A DNA stretch of 64,000 nucleotides from an uncultured Candidatus Saccharibacteria bacterium. Lineage in GTDB: Bacteria > Patescibacteriota > Minisyncoccia > Phycocordibacterales > CAYSCM01. Positions 44,065-54,154 of the stretch are shown here, piece by piece. Position 1 is the stretch's first letter. Every line of letters begins with the position of its first letter. The stretch covers positions 437,705 to 501,704 of the forward strand of contig CAYSCM010000001.1 of NCBI GenBank assembly GCA_964429815.1. Direction: 5' to 3'. Below the pieces are notes generated by a model, which saw only the letters and a list, made by a program, of their open reading frames with translations, ran no database searches and was not told where the DNA came from. A program made the translations under genes and the position numbers.

Positions 44065-44496
44065 ATGAACCGAAACATTCTTTACGTACTAGGAGCGTTT
44101 GGTGTCGGAGGCCTTATTGATGCGCTCTATCTCTACAGTAAGTCCATCACAGGCTCGCCGCTCTCCTGCTCGCTCATTAAGGGGTGCAACATCGTTGCGG
44201 CGAGCTCGTACTCGAAGGTTTTTGGCGTCCCGCTCTCCCTTTTCGGCGTCTTCTTTTACATAGGCGTGCTAGGACTTGTCGCACTCTCTCTGTACCGGCC
44301 AACCCCAACGCTGCGGAAGCTTCTCTTCATGGTGACCATCGTCGGCGTGCTCTTTTCCGCGTACTTTACCTACCTTCAGGCGTTCGTGATACAGGCGTTT
44401 TGTCAGTATTGCCTCATCTCCGCCACCACTTCGCTTATACTCTTCGGGCTCACTGCATGGTACGTGCGCACCAGGACCTATGGACTCCAAAACTGA
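44065..44496 (+). CDS. vitamin K epoxide reductase (VKOR) family protein
   Basis: Loop cysteine pair C-x6-C (LSCSLIKGC), TM CxxC (FCQYC), four TM helices. The ORF-track start is a TTG; an ATG start was chosen instead. Confidence 0.65.
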   Translation: MNRNILYVLGAFGVGGLIDALYLYSKSITGSPLSCSLIKGCNIVAASSYSKVFGVPLSLFGVFFYIGVLGLVALSLYRPTPTLRKLLFMVTIVGVLFSAYFTYLQAFVIQAFCQYCLISATTSLILFGLTAWYVRTRTYGLQN

Positions 44497-44962
44497 GAGA
44501 GCGACGTTCGCGGCAGGGTGCTTCTGGGGCGTCGAGGAAGCGTTCCGGAAAGAGCGCGGCGTCATAGATGTGGAAGTGGGTTACACCGGCGGGCACACAA
44601 AGAACCCAACCTATGAGGACGTCTGCACCGACACGACGGGTCATGCAGAGGCTGTGCGTGTGGAGTTTGATCCTACACAGACCACGTATGAGAAGCTCGT
44701 GAGGAAATTCTACGAGATACACGACCCAACCACGATGAATCGCCAGGGACCCGACGAGGGGAGTCAGTATCGCTCGGCGATCTTCTTCCACACGAGCGAG
44801 CAGGAGAAGGTTGCGCGGGCCGTGACGGAGGAACTCGGCAATTCGTCGAAGTATCCCGATCCTATCGTTACGGAACTTGTAGCCGCCGGGCCATGGTACC
44901 GTGCCGAGGAGTATCATCAGCGCTACTTCGAGAAAAACGGAGGCGGTGTGTGCCACGTATAA
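44480..44962 (+). CDS. msrA: peptide methionine sulfoxide reductase MsrA
   Basis: GCFWG active-site motif and full MsrA fold. 17-nt overlap with the VKOR gene. Confidence 0.9.
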   Translation: MDSKTERATFAAGCFWGVEEAFRKERGVIDVEVGYTGGHTKNPTYEDVCTDTTGHAEAVRVEFDPTQTTYEKLVRKFYEIHDPTTMNRQGPDEGSQYRSAIFFHTSEQEKVARAVTEELGNSSKYPDPIVTELVAAGPWYRAEEYHQRYFEKNGGGVCHV

Positions 44963-45162
44963 TCGATATATGGGCGGCGGAAAAAAGAGAAACGAAAAAC
45001 CTCGGAATATCCAGGTCCACAAAATAAACCCCAACACGGTACGACGACGCCAGGGGGCGGTCGCTCGGTGGGCGAATCGTACGCAGCGTCACAAGAAGTG
45101 GTGACTAGACACATAGACGACACTGTTGCATAATACTTTTCGGTAGCACGAGAGGAGGGAAC

Positions 45163-45516
45163 ATGGCAAATGTTGTGGCGCTGCCTCAGCGTAAATCCAC
45201 GCTCGAGATCCAGCGCGAGATGAAGCTCCACGGAAAGCGAGGCAATGTGTTCGTACGGATCAGGAGGGAACGGGACGTTCTTCCGTGGCGAGTCTGGTAT
45301 GTGGTCGAGATACACCATTGGCGGTTCAACGACCCGGAAGAGCATCCGATTGAGGAGCATCGTCTTTCGGTACGCGGCCTCGTCCCGGAGCTTGTGGTGG
45401 CAGCGCAAGAGCGCGCCATCCACGAACAGGCGCTCTTCGATCTGAGAAACGAAACTGGCGAGCCGGACGAGCTCTTCATGTATCCGGTACAATATCTGGT
45501 ACAAAACGTTACTTAG
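45163..45516 (+). CDS. hypothetical protein (117 aa)
   Basis: Strong SD GAGGAGGG. A rho-independent terminator (aaacggcggccc-acgg-ggccgccgttttt) follows at 45518-45550. Confidence 0.6.
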   Translation: MANVVALPQRKSTLEIQREMKLHGKRGNVFVRIRRERDVLPWRVWYVVEIHHWRFNDPEEHPIEEHRLSVRGLVPELVVAAQERAIHEQALFDLRNETGEPDELFMYPVQYLVQNVT

Positions 45517-45652
45517 GAAACGGCGGCCCACGGGGCCGCCGTTTTTACGTGTTGCAATTCCGCGAATTAGCAGTACAGTTACCGAAACTTTTGCTCAGTC
45601 TCTCGTTGTTAAGCCGTTTTTCATTTACTAACGTTAGAATTTTAGAAGCAGT

Positions 45653-46861
45653 ATGACCTCGATCAAGAAAGGTTTTGGTATCTCGCTTGCGCTACTTGTA
45701 GGGGCTTTTATCCTTCCGCTGGCGCTTGTTGGCAGCGCTCACGCCCAGACTTCGGTCGGACAGCTTACCGTCATCGTCGTTGGGGGCGGCAGCAATTATG
45801 CAAACCCGCAGATCACCGTGAACGGCACCAACGTCGGCTACGGCGCGACGACGGGCTCGGGCAATTCCTACACGTACTCGCCCTCGTGGAATTCGACGAC
45901 GCAGTTCACGATGTACCCCGGTTCGTACTCCGTCACGATGTCTTCGATGAACGGGCTCTCCATTTCCTACGGCAATGATTGTTTCGGCACCGTGAGCGCA
46001 GGAAACGCCCGTACCTGCGTCGTCACCGTTTCCGGCGCTACAACGAGCGGATATGGGCTTCTCAACGTGTACGTGGACATCAACAACCTCTATGGCTACA
46101 TCAACCCGAGCAACTTCACTATCTATGTGTCGGGCAACAACGCTAATCCATCAAGCTTCCAGGCTTCGACGAACTACCGCACCGTGACGCTCTCGCCGGG
46201 TTCCTACAGCATCTCCATCGGCAACTACGGCAGCTACACGCAAAACTACTCCGGCGACTGCTCGGGCTACATCAGTGGCGGCGATTCAAAGACTTGTACC
46301 ATTACGCTCAACTATCAAAACTACGCCGGAAACTACACGTACAACTACAGCACCTGCCCGAGCGGCTACTGGTACAACGGCTATTGCAACTACAACACGT
46401 ACTATCCGTACTACCAGAACACGAATCTCACCTGTTCGCCGGCAACACAGAGCGCCTATGTCGGGCAGACGGCAAGCATCACGGCTTCCGGAGGCCTCGG
46501 CACGTACTCATGGAGCGTAATGGGGAGCTCCTACCCGAACGTAGGATCATCTTTCTCATACGTCGTCTCCTCGGGAGCGACCCCGCAGGGTATTACCGTG
46601 ACGAGCGGCTCGCAGACGGCCACCTGCTACGTGACCGTGCTTCCGAGTACCGGCTACGTGAGCACGACCTACACCGGCGGCGGCATCGTCAAAGGTGCCT
46701 ACATCGCGCCAGGGCTTCCGGCGACGGGGGAGGGCGGAGAGACCGGAAAGCTCATCTCGACGCTTTTTGGCCTCTTCCTCATCGTCCCGGTTGCGCTCGT
46801 CCTTGCCTACCGCTTTGGCCGCCGCAGCCTCTCGTCTATCCTCTCCGCTGACCTCTCCTGA
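45653..46861 (+). CDS. LPXTG-anchored surface protein rich in Tyr/Ser/Thr/Gly/Asn, with two ~95 aa repeats
   Basis: Signal peptide. Repeats end in DC.G..S.G....C.VT. C-terminal sorting signal LPATG + hydrophobic stretch + RRS. Confidence 0.75.
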   Translation: MTSIKKGFGISLALLVGAFILPLALVGSAHAQTSVGQLTVIVVGGGSNYANPQITVNGTNVGYGATTGSGNSYTYSPSWNSTTQFTMYPGSYSVTMSSMNGLSISYGNDCFGTVSAGNARTCVVTVSGATTSGYGLLNVYVDINNLYGYINPSNFTIYVSGNNANPSSFQASTNYRTVTLSPGSYSISIGNYGSYTQNYSGDCSGYISGGDSKTCTITLNYQNYAGNYTYNYSTCPSGYWYNGYCNYNTYYPYYQNTNLTCSPATQSAYVGQTASITASGGLGTYSWSVMGSSYPNVGSSFSYVVSSGATPQGITVTSGSQTATCYVTVLPSTGYVSTTYTGGGIVKGAYIAPGLPATGEGGETGKLISTLFGLFLIVPVALVLAYRFGRRSLSSILSADLS

Positions 46862-46882
46862 GTGGGCGAGCGGACAACCGCT

Positions 46883-47518
46883 ATGGCCTACACGCGTCGA
46901 CAAACACTGAACTTTCTTAAAGTATTTTTGATCGTGCTCCTCATTACATTGGGACTCCTCGACCTCCTATCGCGCATTTTCACCGGAACGGGAGCATTTA
47001 CTCCGGAGGTCAACGCGGAAGCATCGACTGAGCTTACATCGCAGCAGAGAGCCCGGCCATCCTCCGCGATAGGGATCGTTCCGTATCGCATCGCCATCCC
47101 CGCGATAAGCGTCGACACAAACGTAGAAGCGGTGGGGAAACGTCCCGACGGGACGATGGGCCTTCCGAGCTCCATGAAGACGACTGCGTGGTACAAGGAC
47201 GGGTACAAGCCCGGTGAAAAAGGGAACGCGGTCATCGATGGTCACCTCGACAACGCGCTCGGTACGGACGCGGTCTTTAAACATCTGGGAGACCTCGCGG
47301 CGGGGGACAGCGTGTATGTGAGCGATTCCTCAGGCAGAACACTTCGGTTCGTGGTCGAAAAAAGCGCAAGCTACGACTACCGCGACGCACCTACCTCTGA
47401 TATTTTCGGCTCTCAAGGAAGGCAGGAGCTTCTCCTTCTGACATGCGATGGCGATTGGAATCCGCGTGAGAAGAGCTACGAAAAGCGGCTCGTTGTTTTT
47501 GCCGAACTTGCATCGTAG
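46883..47518 (+). CDS. sortase
   Basis: TM anchor, catalytic His in VIDGHLD, the TLxTC motif as LLLTCDGD, and a conserved Arg near the C-terminus. Immediately downstream of its predicted substrate. Confidence 0.75.
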   Translation: MAYTRRQTLNFLKVFLIVLLITLGLLDLLSRIFTGTGAFTPEVNAEASTELTSQQRARPSSAIGIVPYRIAIPAISVDTNVEAVGKRPDGTMGLPSSMKTTAWYKDGYKPGEKGNAVIDGHLDNALGTDAVFKHLGDLAAGDSVYVSDSSGRTLRFVVEKSASYDYRDAPTSDIFGSQGRQELLLLTCDGDWNPREKSYEKRLVVFAELAS

Positions 47519-47567
47519 TGTGCATTAGTCCTGTTGCCTTCATCTTCGTTCGCGCTAAAATGACGGC

Positions 47568-48104
47568 ATGGGAAGAAATGAATGGATAGCCGTCGCCGCG
47601 GGGCTTGCGCTCGTCGTCGTGTTTTTCGGGTTCCTCGGTCCGGCTCGCAGTCTTTTTACTGGTTCATCTAAACGCACTGCTTCAGTGACCACCGCCAACT
47701 CATCGCCGTCGCAGAAAAAAACGGCACCGTTCTCGTTTGACCAGAGCAAACTTCGCACGAAACCATCGGGACTCCTGGTTGAAGACCAGACCGCAGGTAC
47801 CGGCGCTGTCGCAGCGGCCGGGAAAACGCTGACCGTGCACTATATCGGTGCGCTCGCGGACGGCACCAAGTTCGACAGCTCTCGCGATCGCGGGGCGCCT
47901 TTCACGTTCACGCTCGGTGCCGGACAGGTCATCAAGGGTTGGGATGAAGGTGTCGCCGGCATGAAGGTCGGCGGCACGCGCATTTTGGTCATTCCCTCCG
48001 ATCTCGCCTACGGGGACTCTGGCATTCCCGGCCCCAACGGCACCTATGTCATCCCGCCGAAAGCGACCCTCGTCTTCCAAGTCGAGCTTCTCAACGTGAA
48101 ATGA
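47568..48104 (+). CDS. FKBP-type peptidyl-prolyl cis-trans isomerase, membrane-anchored
   Basis: FKBP core ([46 protein letters not shown]...LVFQVELL). Confidence 0.85.
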   Translation: MGRNEWIAVAAGLALVVVFFGFLGPARSLFTGSSKRTASVTTANSSPSQKKTAPFSFDQSKLRTKPSGLLVEDQTAGTGAVAAAGKTLTVHYIGALADGTKFDSSRDRGAPFTFTLGAGQVIKGWDEGVAGMKVGGTRILVIPSDLAYGDSGIPGPNGTYVIPPKATLVFQVELLNVK

Positions 48105-48149
48105 TGCAGTACGCCTCGATCGAGGCGCGCGGTGCGCTATGCTAGGCGG

Positions 48150-49334
48150 ATGTTTCGCATTGAAGGAAAAGGCGGAAGACTCGCTCGTGCCGGAGCGATA
48201 CACACTCCCCACGGCACCATCCTGACCCCGGCGTTCATTCCGGTAGGTACCAAAGCGACCGTGAAAGCTCTCACGCCCGGGGAGGTGCGCGGGCTAGGCG
48301 CGCAGGCGGTACTTGCGAACACCTACCACCTCTACCTTCAACCCGGGCCCAACCTGGTCGCTGAATCCGGAGGAGTCGCTACATTTATGGGTTGGGAAGG
48401 GCCAACCTTTACGGATTCCGGAGGCTTTCAGGTGTTTTCGCTTGGCGTCGCGTTTGGCAAAAATATTTCAAAATTTGCCGCCGAAGAGAAAGAGCAGCTT
48501 CTTGAGGAAAAAGACGATGAGGAAACTGAGCACGTAAAACTCGCAAGGATCGCCGAAGAAGGAGTGCTTTTTCGCTCCCACATCGACGGTTCTGAGCACT
48601 TTCTTTCCCCGGAGCGTTCCATGGAAATCCAGCACAAGCTTGGCGCCGACATCATCTTTGCGTTCGATGAATTCACGCGCCCCACCGCGGGGCCAAGCGA
48701 ACTTCGCGACTCGATGGAGCGCACGCATCGATGGGCGAAGCGCTGTCTCGATGCGCACGAGAAGGCGCGCACCGGTCAAACCCTCTACGGCATCGTTCAG
48801 GGAGGACGCTCCAAAGAGCTTAGGGAGGAGAGCGCGCGCATCATCGGCTCGATGCCCTTCGGCGGCTTTGGGGTAGGAGGTACATTCACCAAAACCGATC
48901 TCACGGAAGCTCTCGCGTGGGTCAATTCGCTCCTGCCTGAGGATAAACCGCGGCACCTCCTTGGCATCGGTGAGCCAGAGGACCTCTTCATCGGCGTCGA
49001 AAACGGCATTGATACCTTCGACTGCGTCGCGCCGACCCGCATGGGCCGCAACGGCTCGCTCTACACATCCGCGGGGAAGGTAAACATTCAAAACGCGGCG
49101 TTCGTATCGAAACTATCGCCCGTAGAAGAAGAGTGCGATTGTTACACCTGCCAACATTTTTCCGCAGCGTACCTGGCGCACTTGTTCCGAGCCAAAGAAA
49201 TGCTCGCCGCGACGCTCGCAAGCGTACACAACCTCCGCTTTCTCGTCCGGCTCGTCGCGGAGATGCGAGAGGCGCTTCTTGCGGGAACATTCGCAACGCT
49301 GCGAAGGGACTTCATGACGGCGTACCACGGGTAA
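48150..49334 (+). CDS. tgt: queuine tRNA-ribosyltransferase
   Basis: GAIHTPHGTILTPAFIPVGT N-terminus and zinc site CDCYTCQHF, with an acidic insertion (EEKEQLLEEKDDEETEH). Confidence 0.85.
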   Translation: MFRIEGKGGRLARAGAIHTPHGTILTPAFIPVGTKATVKALTPGEVRGLGAQAVLANTYHLYLQPGPNLVAESGGVATFMGWEGPTFTDSGGFQVFSLGVAFGKNISKFAAEEKEQLLEEKDDEETEHVKLARIAEEGVLFRSHIDGSEHFLSPERSMEIQHKLGADIIFAFDEFTRPTAGPSELRDSMERTHRWAKRCLDAHEKARTGQTLYGIVQGGRSKELREESARIIGSMPFGGFGVGGTFTKTDLTEALAWVNSLLPEDKPRHLLGIGEPEDLFIGVENGIDTFDCVAPTRMGRNGSLYTSAGKVNIQNAAFVSKLSPVEEECDCYTCQHFSAAYLAHLFRAKEMLAATLASVHNLRFLVRLVAEMREALLAGTFATLRRDFMTAYHG

Positions 49335-49420
49335 TGTCGATACTCTTGTGCACAGCGCGAGTGCGTGCAGAGCACATGTCCGATTTATACTGAGGGCATT
49401 ATTAAGGTGGCTCGTATGCG

Positions 49421-51661
49421 ATGTTCATGAGACTTCATAGCCGCTTGATGGAAACAAGCCGGTTTTATAATTGGTGGCATCATCTCCCCATCGTTTCCAT
49501 TGTTCACTTTGCCGCCGTCATCGCGGTGGGATCAGTACTCGCGACGACCATCCAAAACGAGGCGGCCGACCAGCTGATCGAGAGCCAGCTCGCGCAAACC
49601 ATCCTCAGCGTCGGCTCCGGTTCGGCCTCGCTGGGCTCTTTGACGTCGCAGCTGCTTATGCTCGCTAAACACTACGATGGGACGGCCGGCGAAGCGGATA
49701 CCCAGCTTCGAAAAATGAGGCAAGTCGCCAACATGCGCACACAACTACTGCTCTCGCTCGCACAAGGGAACCCAAAAGCCTTCATTCTCAATGCGTTGCC
49801 GGAGAGTATCAGCAGACAGCTGCCGAGTGCCCTCGCCGGCTTAGTAGAGGAGCCGATCGACGTGGAAGGCGCGCTGACGGTCATCCACTTCGACGCGCCT
49901 CCCAACCAGGCTGGGGAAAAGACGGAGTACATTTTGACAAGTGGCAGCAAACGATACCAGCTGCATTTCGCTGGCTTTGTCCCCGAGGGTATGCGCACCG
50001 GTGCAACCGTGCGGGTCCACGGCCTTGCGCTGAGCTCCGAGCTAGTTCCGATCGCCACTGCGGGCGGTAGCGGCACTGCCCTCACTAGCCCCGCCACGGC
50101 GGGTGCACCAACGGGCCCGCAAAAAACGCTTGTCATTCTTTTTAATTTCACCGACAACGCCAGCCAGCCCTTCACCCCGGCGGACGTCGCGTCAACGGTG
50201 TTCACGGCACCGAGCTCGACTAATAGTTACTACAAAGAAGCTTCCTTTGGAACGCTCTCCATGGCAGGGGACGTGGTCGGCTGGTACACCATTCCCTACG
50301 GCGCTGCCGGATGCGACGCCAACTACAACACCTGGAGCAGTGCCGCGCAGCAGGCGGCGATCGTCGCTGGAGTTCCGGTCAACACCTATAGCCACATAAT
50401 CTACATGTGGAACAATTCCTCCGGCTGCTCCTGGGGTGGCATAGGTACCATCGGAGGAGCCCCTTCCTCTGCATGGATACCGGATTGGTATCTCACCCCG
50501 ACGGTCATCGCGCACGAGTTCGGACACAACATTCTCGCTCACCACGCGCAGCTCCTCTCCTGCGCCCCCGGAACCGTCGGACCGTACTCGACCTGTACGC
50601 TCAGTGAATATGGCGACCCTTCCGACTGCATGGGCAGTTGCTGGACGCAATATTTCCAGTTTGTCGGAGCCCGGAAACTAGGAGAAAATTGGCTGCCCGC
50701 AAGCAGTGTACAGACGATAACGGGGAGCGGGACCTATACGGTTACCGCAGAAGAAGTGAACGATGGAGGCATTAAATTGCTGAAGGTGGCAAAGCCGGAC
50801 ACCGCGGAGGCCTACTATGTGTCGCTGCGACGGCCAGCGGGTTTTGACGCCCTCATCCCCGCCGCATACACAACCGGTGCGAACATTCACATCTGGAACG
50901 GGGACGTCAGCACCCAAACAAAACTGGTCAACGGGCCGCTCTCCGACGGGGGAGCGCTCGTCGATGCGGGGAACGGCATCACGTTCACTCAGGTAAGCCA
51001 TACCCCGACGTCGGTGACTGTCAGCATTCAGTTCACCGGCGCGAAGTGCGTACCTGCCGCCCCGACAGTGACGCTTTCTCCGGCAAGCCAGGGTTCGAGC
51101 GCCGGCGGGACGCTCACCTACGGCGTCACCGTGAAAAACAACGACAGCTCGATCTGCTCAGGCTCCATCTTCAACCTGACGAGCACTGTCCCCTCTGGAT
51201 GGGCCGATGCGTTTGGTCAGAGCTCGCTTAGCATAAACGCCGGCAACTCCGCGAACACGACGCTCAGCCTCACCTCCCAAATGGGCGTAGCAGATGGGAC
51301 GTATCCTATTTCTACGACGGCGGTAGGAGGCACCGGGACCGGCTCAGCCTCGGGCTCCTACGTGGTGTACACCGACACCGTCGGACCCCTCCTCTCCATC
51401 AATGCACCCGCTGATGGGACTAACGTCAACTCCGTCAAGGGAAACAATCTGAAAATCTCAACAACCGCGACTGACCCCTCGGGTGTAGGAAACATCGTGA
51501 TATTCTTTGACGGAAAAATGGTGCAAACCTGCGCGGGAGCGACGTCATGCGTTGGGAGTGTCCCTGTCCGACAACTGTCGCCTGGGTCGCACGCGATCTC
51601 GGCTACCGCGACCGACAAAGTCGGAAACACTTCGACCAAATCCGTGTCGGTCACGAAATAG
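49421..51661 (+). CDS. secreted zincin metalloprotease-like protein with C-terminal Ig-like (Big) domains
   Basis: HEFGHNILAHH (HExxH with a third His at +6) within a ~350 aa catalytic region. C-terminal repeats resemble bacterial Ig-like domains. Confidence 0.6.
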   Translation: MFMRLHSRLMETSRFYNWWHHLPIVSIVHFAAVIAVGSVLATTIQNEAADQLIESQLAQTILSVGSGSASLGSLTSQLLMLAKHYDGTAGEADTQLRKMRQVANMRTQLLLSLAQGNPKAFILNALPESISRQLPSALAGLVEEPIDVEGALTVIHFDAPPNQAGEKTEYILTSGSKRYQLHFAGFVPEGMRTGATVRVHGLALSSELVPIATAGGSGTALTSPATAGAPTGPQKTLVILFNFTDNASQPFTPADVASTVFTAPSSTNSYYKEASFGTLSMAGDVVGWYTIPYGAAGCDANYNTWSSAAQQAAIVAGVPVNTYSHIIYMWNNSSGCSWGGIGTIGGAPSSAWIPDWYLTPTVIAHEFGHNILAHHAQLLSCAPGTVGPYSTCTLSEYGDPSDCMGSCWTQYFQFVGARKLGENWLPASSVQTITGSGTYTVTAEEVNDGGIKLLKVAKPDTAEAYYVSLRRPAGFDALIPAAYTTGANIHIWNGDVSTQTKLVNGPLSDGGALVDAGNGITFTQVSHTPTSVTVSIQFTGAKCVPAAPTVTLSPASQGSSAGGTLTYGVTVKNNDSSICSGSIFNLTSTVPSGWADAFGQSSLSINAGNSANTTLSLTSQMGVADGTYPISTTAVGGTGTGSASGSYVVYTDTVGPLLSINAPADGTNVNSVKGNNLKISTTATDPSGVGNIVIFFDGKMVQTCAGATSCVGSVPVRQLSPGSHAISATATDKVGNTSTKSVSVTK

Positions 51662-51691
51662 ACCGGCCTTTCCGCACCATCGTTTCGTATA

Positions 51692-51721
51692 GAAAAAAAG
51701 CGAGCCCTCGCAGAGGGCTCG
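51692..51721 (-). terminator. rho-independent terminator
   Basis: gcgagccctc-gcag-agggctcgc, with an A-run on the + strand. Confidence 0.5.
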
Positions 51722-51730
51722 CGTCGGAGT

Positions 51731-52030
51731 CTAGGTGGCGGCGTAGGAACTGTAGCGGCTCGCCTGGACGATGATCCTCGCGATTTTCTCCGCGGTCGCT
51801 CGTTTCATGGACGAACCGAGGAGAACGTTCGTAAGCGTCGTGTGGATCTGGCCGGACCCGTCATCGCCGATAGTTTTGAAGATGGTGACGGCCGACTCCA
51901 TGGCACACTCGTAGCGCTCGGCGGCGTGGGTTTGCGCCAACTCAAGCGAACGATCATAAAGCGAGAACGCAAGGTGCTCCAGAATTTCCGCTATCGCAGT
52001 ATCCCGAAGCGCAGGAAGATCGTGGTGCAT
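51731..52030 (-). CDS. hypothetical protein (99 aa), predicted helical
   Basis: ORF with a downstream terminator; no recognisable domain. Confidence 0.4.
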   Translation of the reverse strand: MHHDLPALRDTAIAEILEHLAFSLYDRSLELAQTHAAERYECAMESAVTIFKTIGDDGSGQIHTTLTNVLLGSSMKRATAEKIARIIVQASRYSSYAAT

Positions 52031-52113
52031 GGCTTCCCCCGATAGATAAGAACATTATGGCGCAATAGTGCCGCATTTTTTATATTTTGTCAAATTTGGT
52101 ATACTCGACGTTC

Positions 52114-54153
52114 ATGAACGGGAAATTCATCCTCGCTTCGACCTACAAACCGCAGGGCGACCAGCCGCAAGCCATCAGGAAATTGGTGGAGGGTGTCACG
52201 GAGGGAAACAGACTCCAGACGCTTCTTGGCGTGACCGGCTCGGGAAAGACCTTCACCGTCGCGAACGTCATCGAGAAAATCCAAAAACCAACGCTCGTCA
52301 TTGCGCACAACAAAACGCTTGCGGCGCAGCTCGCGCAGGAGTACCGGGAATTTTTCCCGAACAATGCGGTTCACTACTTCGTTTCCTACTACGACTTCTA
52401 CCAGCCGGAAGCCTATCTCCCTATATCCGACACGTACATCGAAAAGGAGGCAGAGATCAACGAAGAAATAGACCGGCTGCGACATGCCTCGACGCAGGCC
52501 CTCCTTACTCGCAGGGACGTCATCATCGTCGCCTCCGTTTCCTGCATTTACGGGTTGGGGAGCCCAGTCGAGTACGAAAAGGTGCACATTAAATTTGAGC
52601 GGGGGATGAAAGCCGATCGCGCCGAGGTTGTGCGCAGGCTCGTCAATGTCTATTTCGAGCGCACCAACGCCGATCTTATGCCGGGAAAATTTCGTGCGCT
52701 TGGGAATACGGTCGAGATAATGCCGACCAACGAGAAAGTAATTTACCGCGTCACTTTCGACGGCTCCACGATGGCTAGTGTTGAAAAAATCGACGGTGTT
52801 TCGCGAAAAATAATCGATGAACCCAAGACCTTTTTTCTCTTTCCCGCCAAGCACTACGTAACGCCGGAAGATGAGCGGGAGCGAGCGCTCAAGCAAATAA
52901 AGGAAGAGCTCAAAGGCCAGCTTAAAAAACTCGAGCGCTCGGGCCGAACGCTCGAGGCGGAGCGCCTCAAGCGTCGCACTAACTACGACCTCGCACTTAT
53001 ACGCGAAATCGGCTACTGCAACGGCATCGAGAACTACTCCCGCCACTTCGACGGCCGCGAGCCGGGCGAGCCTCCCTACACGCTTCTCGACTACTTTCCG
53101 CACAAAAAAGACGCCACCCCCGATTTCCTCACGGTCATCGACGAGTCGCACGTCACCGTCCCGCAGATCGGCGGCATGTACGCGGGGGATAGATCACGAA
53201 AAGACACCCTCGTCTCGCATGGGTTCAGGCTTCCCTCTGCCGTTGACAATCGTCCGCTTACCTTCGATGAGTTCGAGAAACGGGTGGGGCGGGTCATCTT
53301 TACCTCGGCAACTCCGGCTGCGTACGAGAAAGAGCACAGCTCCCAAATCGTCGAGCAGGTCATCCGCCCGACGGGGCTTATCGATCCGGAGATCGTCGTG
53401 CGTCCTATCGCAGCGAAAGCGTCCTACGAGGGCCAAGTCCAGGACTTTATACAAGAGGCCGAAAAAGCAGTGAAAGCGGGCGGACGTGTTCTCACCACGA
53501 CGCTCACCAAAAAAATGGCGGAGGATCTCGCCGAGTACCTCAAAGAGCGGGATATCAAAGCCGAGTATCTGCATTCTGACGTCGAGACCATCGACCGCAT
53601 CACCATTCTCACAGAGTTCCGCAAGGGCAAATTTGATGTGCTCGTGGGCGTGAACCTTTTGCGCGAAGGCCTCGACCTTCCCGAGGTGACCCTCGTCGGC
53701 ATCCTCGATGCGGACAAGGAAGGGTTCCTGCGCTCCGAGACGTCGCTCGTCCAGACCATCGGACGAGCGGCACGCAACGTCGAGGGGCGCGTCATTCTCT
53801 ACGCGGATTCGGTGACCGGCTCCATGGAGCGTGCGATTTCCGAAACGAACCGGCGACGTGCGCTTCAGATGGAATTCAACAAAAAGCACGGCATTACACC
53901 TAAAACGATCAGCAAAAATATTCGTGATATCACCGACCTCATCCAGAGCGAGCACGAGAGAGCGGTCGGCGCTATTCTTGGCGTCGATGAGGACCTCTAC
54001 AGGAAAAACCCGCGAAAGTTCATCGCCGAAAAGAAACGGCAAATGAACGAGGCCGTTAAAGAACTCGATTTCGAGACGGCGGCGCTCATTCGCGACGAGA
54101 TCCGCGCGCTTCAAGGCAAGAGAGAGGGAAAGAAGTCCGTGCTACAGTCGTAG
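52114..54153 (+). CDS. uvrB: excinuclease ABC subunit B
   Basis: YKPQGDQPQAIRKL, GVTGSGKTF, helicase motifs and a C-terminal UVR domain. Start set at MNGKF, 10 nt after a TATACT -10 element, so the mRNA may be leaderless. Confidence 0.9.
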   Translation: MNGKFILASTYKPQGDQPQAIRKLVEGVTEGNRLQTLLGVTGSGKTFTVANVIEKIQKPTLVIAHNKTLAAQLAQEYREFFPNNAVHYFVSYYDFYQPEAYLPISDTYIEKEAEINEEIDRLRHASTQALLTRRDVIIVASVSCIYGLGSPVEYEKVHIKFERGMKADRAEVVRRLVNVYFERTNADLMPGKFRALGNTVEIMPTNEKVIYRVTFDGSTMASVEKIDGVSRKIIDEPKTFFLFPAKHYVTPEDERERALKQIKEELKGQLKKLERSGRTLEAERLKRRTNYDLALIREIGYCNGIENYSRHFDGREPGEPPYTLLDYFPHKKDATPDFLTVIDESHVTVPQIGGMYAGDRSRKDTLVSHGFRLPSAVDNRPLTFDEFEKRVGRVIFTSATPAAYEKEHSSQIVEQVIRPTGLIDPEIVVRPIAAKASYEGQVQDFIQEAEKAVKAGGRVLTTTLTKKMAEDLAEYLKERDIKAEYLHSDVETIDRITILTEFRKGKFDVLVGVNLLREGLDLPEVTLVGILDADKEGFLRSETSLVQTIGRAARNVEGRVILYADSVTGSMERAISETNRRRALQMEFNKKHGITPKTISKNIRDITDLIQSEHERAVGAILGVDEDLYRKNPRKFIAEKKRQMNEAVKELDFETAALIRDEIRALQGKREGKKSVLQS

Positions 54154-54154
54154 G

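Noticed and set aside
44923-45531. 202-aa minus-strand ORF
   Set aside because: It is antisense to the + strand 117-aa gene, which has a strong SD and its own terminator. It also overlaps the msrA 3' end.
52090-54114. Two long minus-strand ORFs (353 and 306 aa)
   Set aside because: They are antisense to uvrB, whose + strand frame carries unmistakable UvrB motifs.
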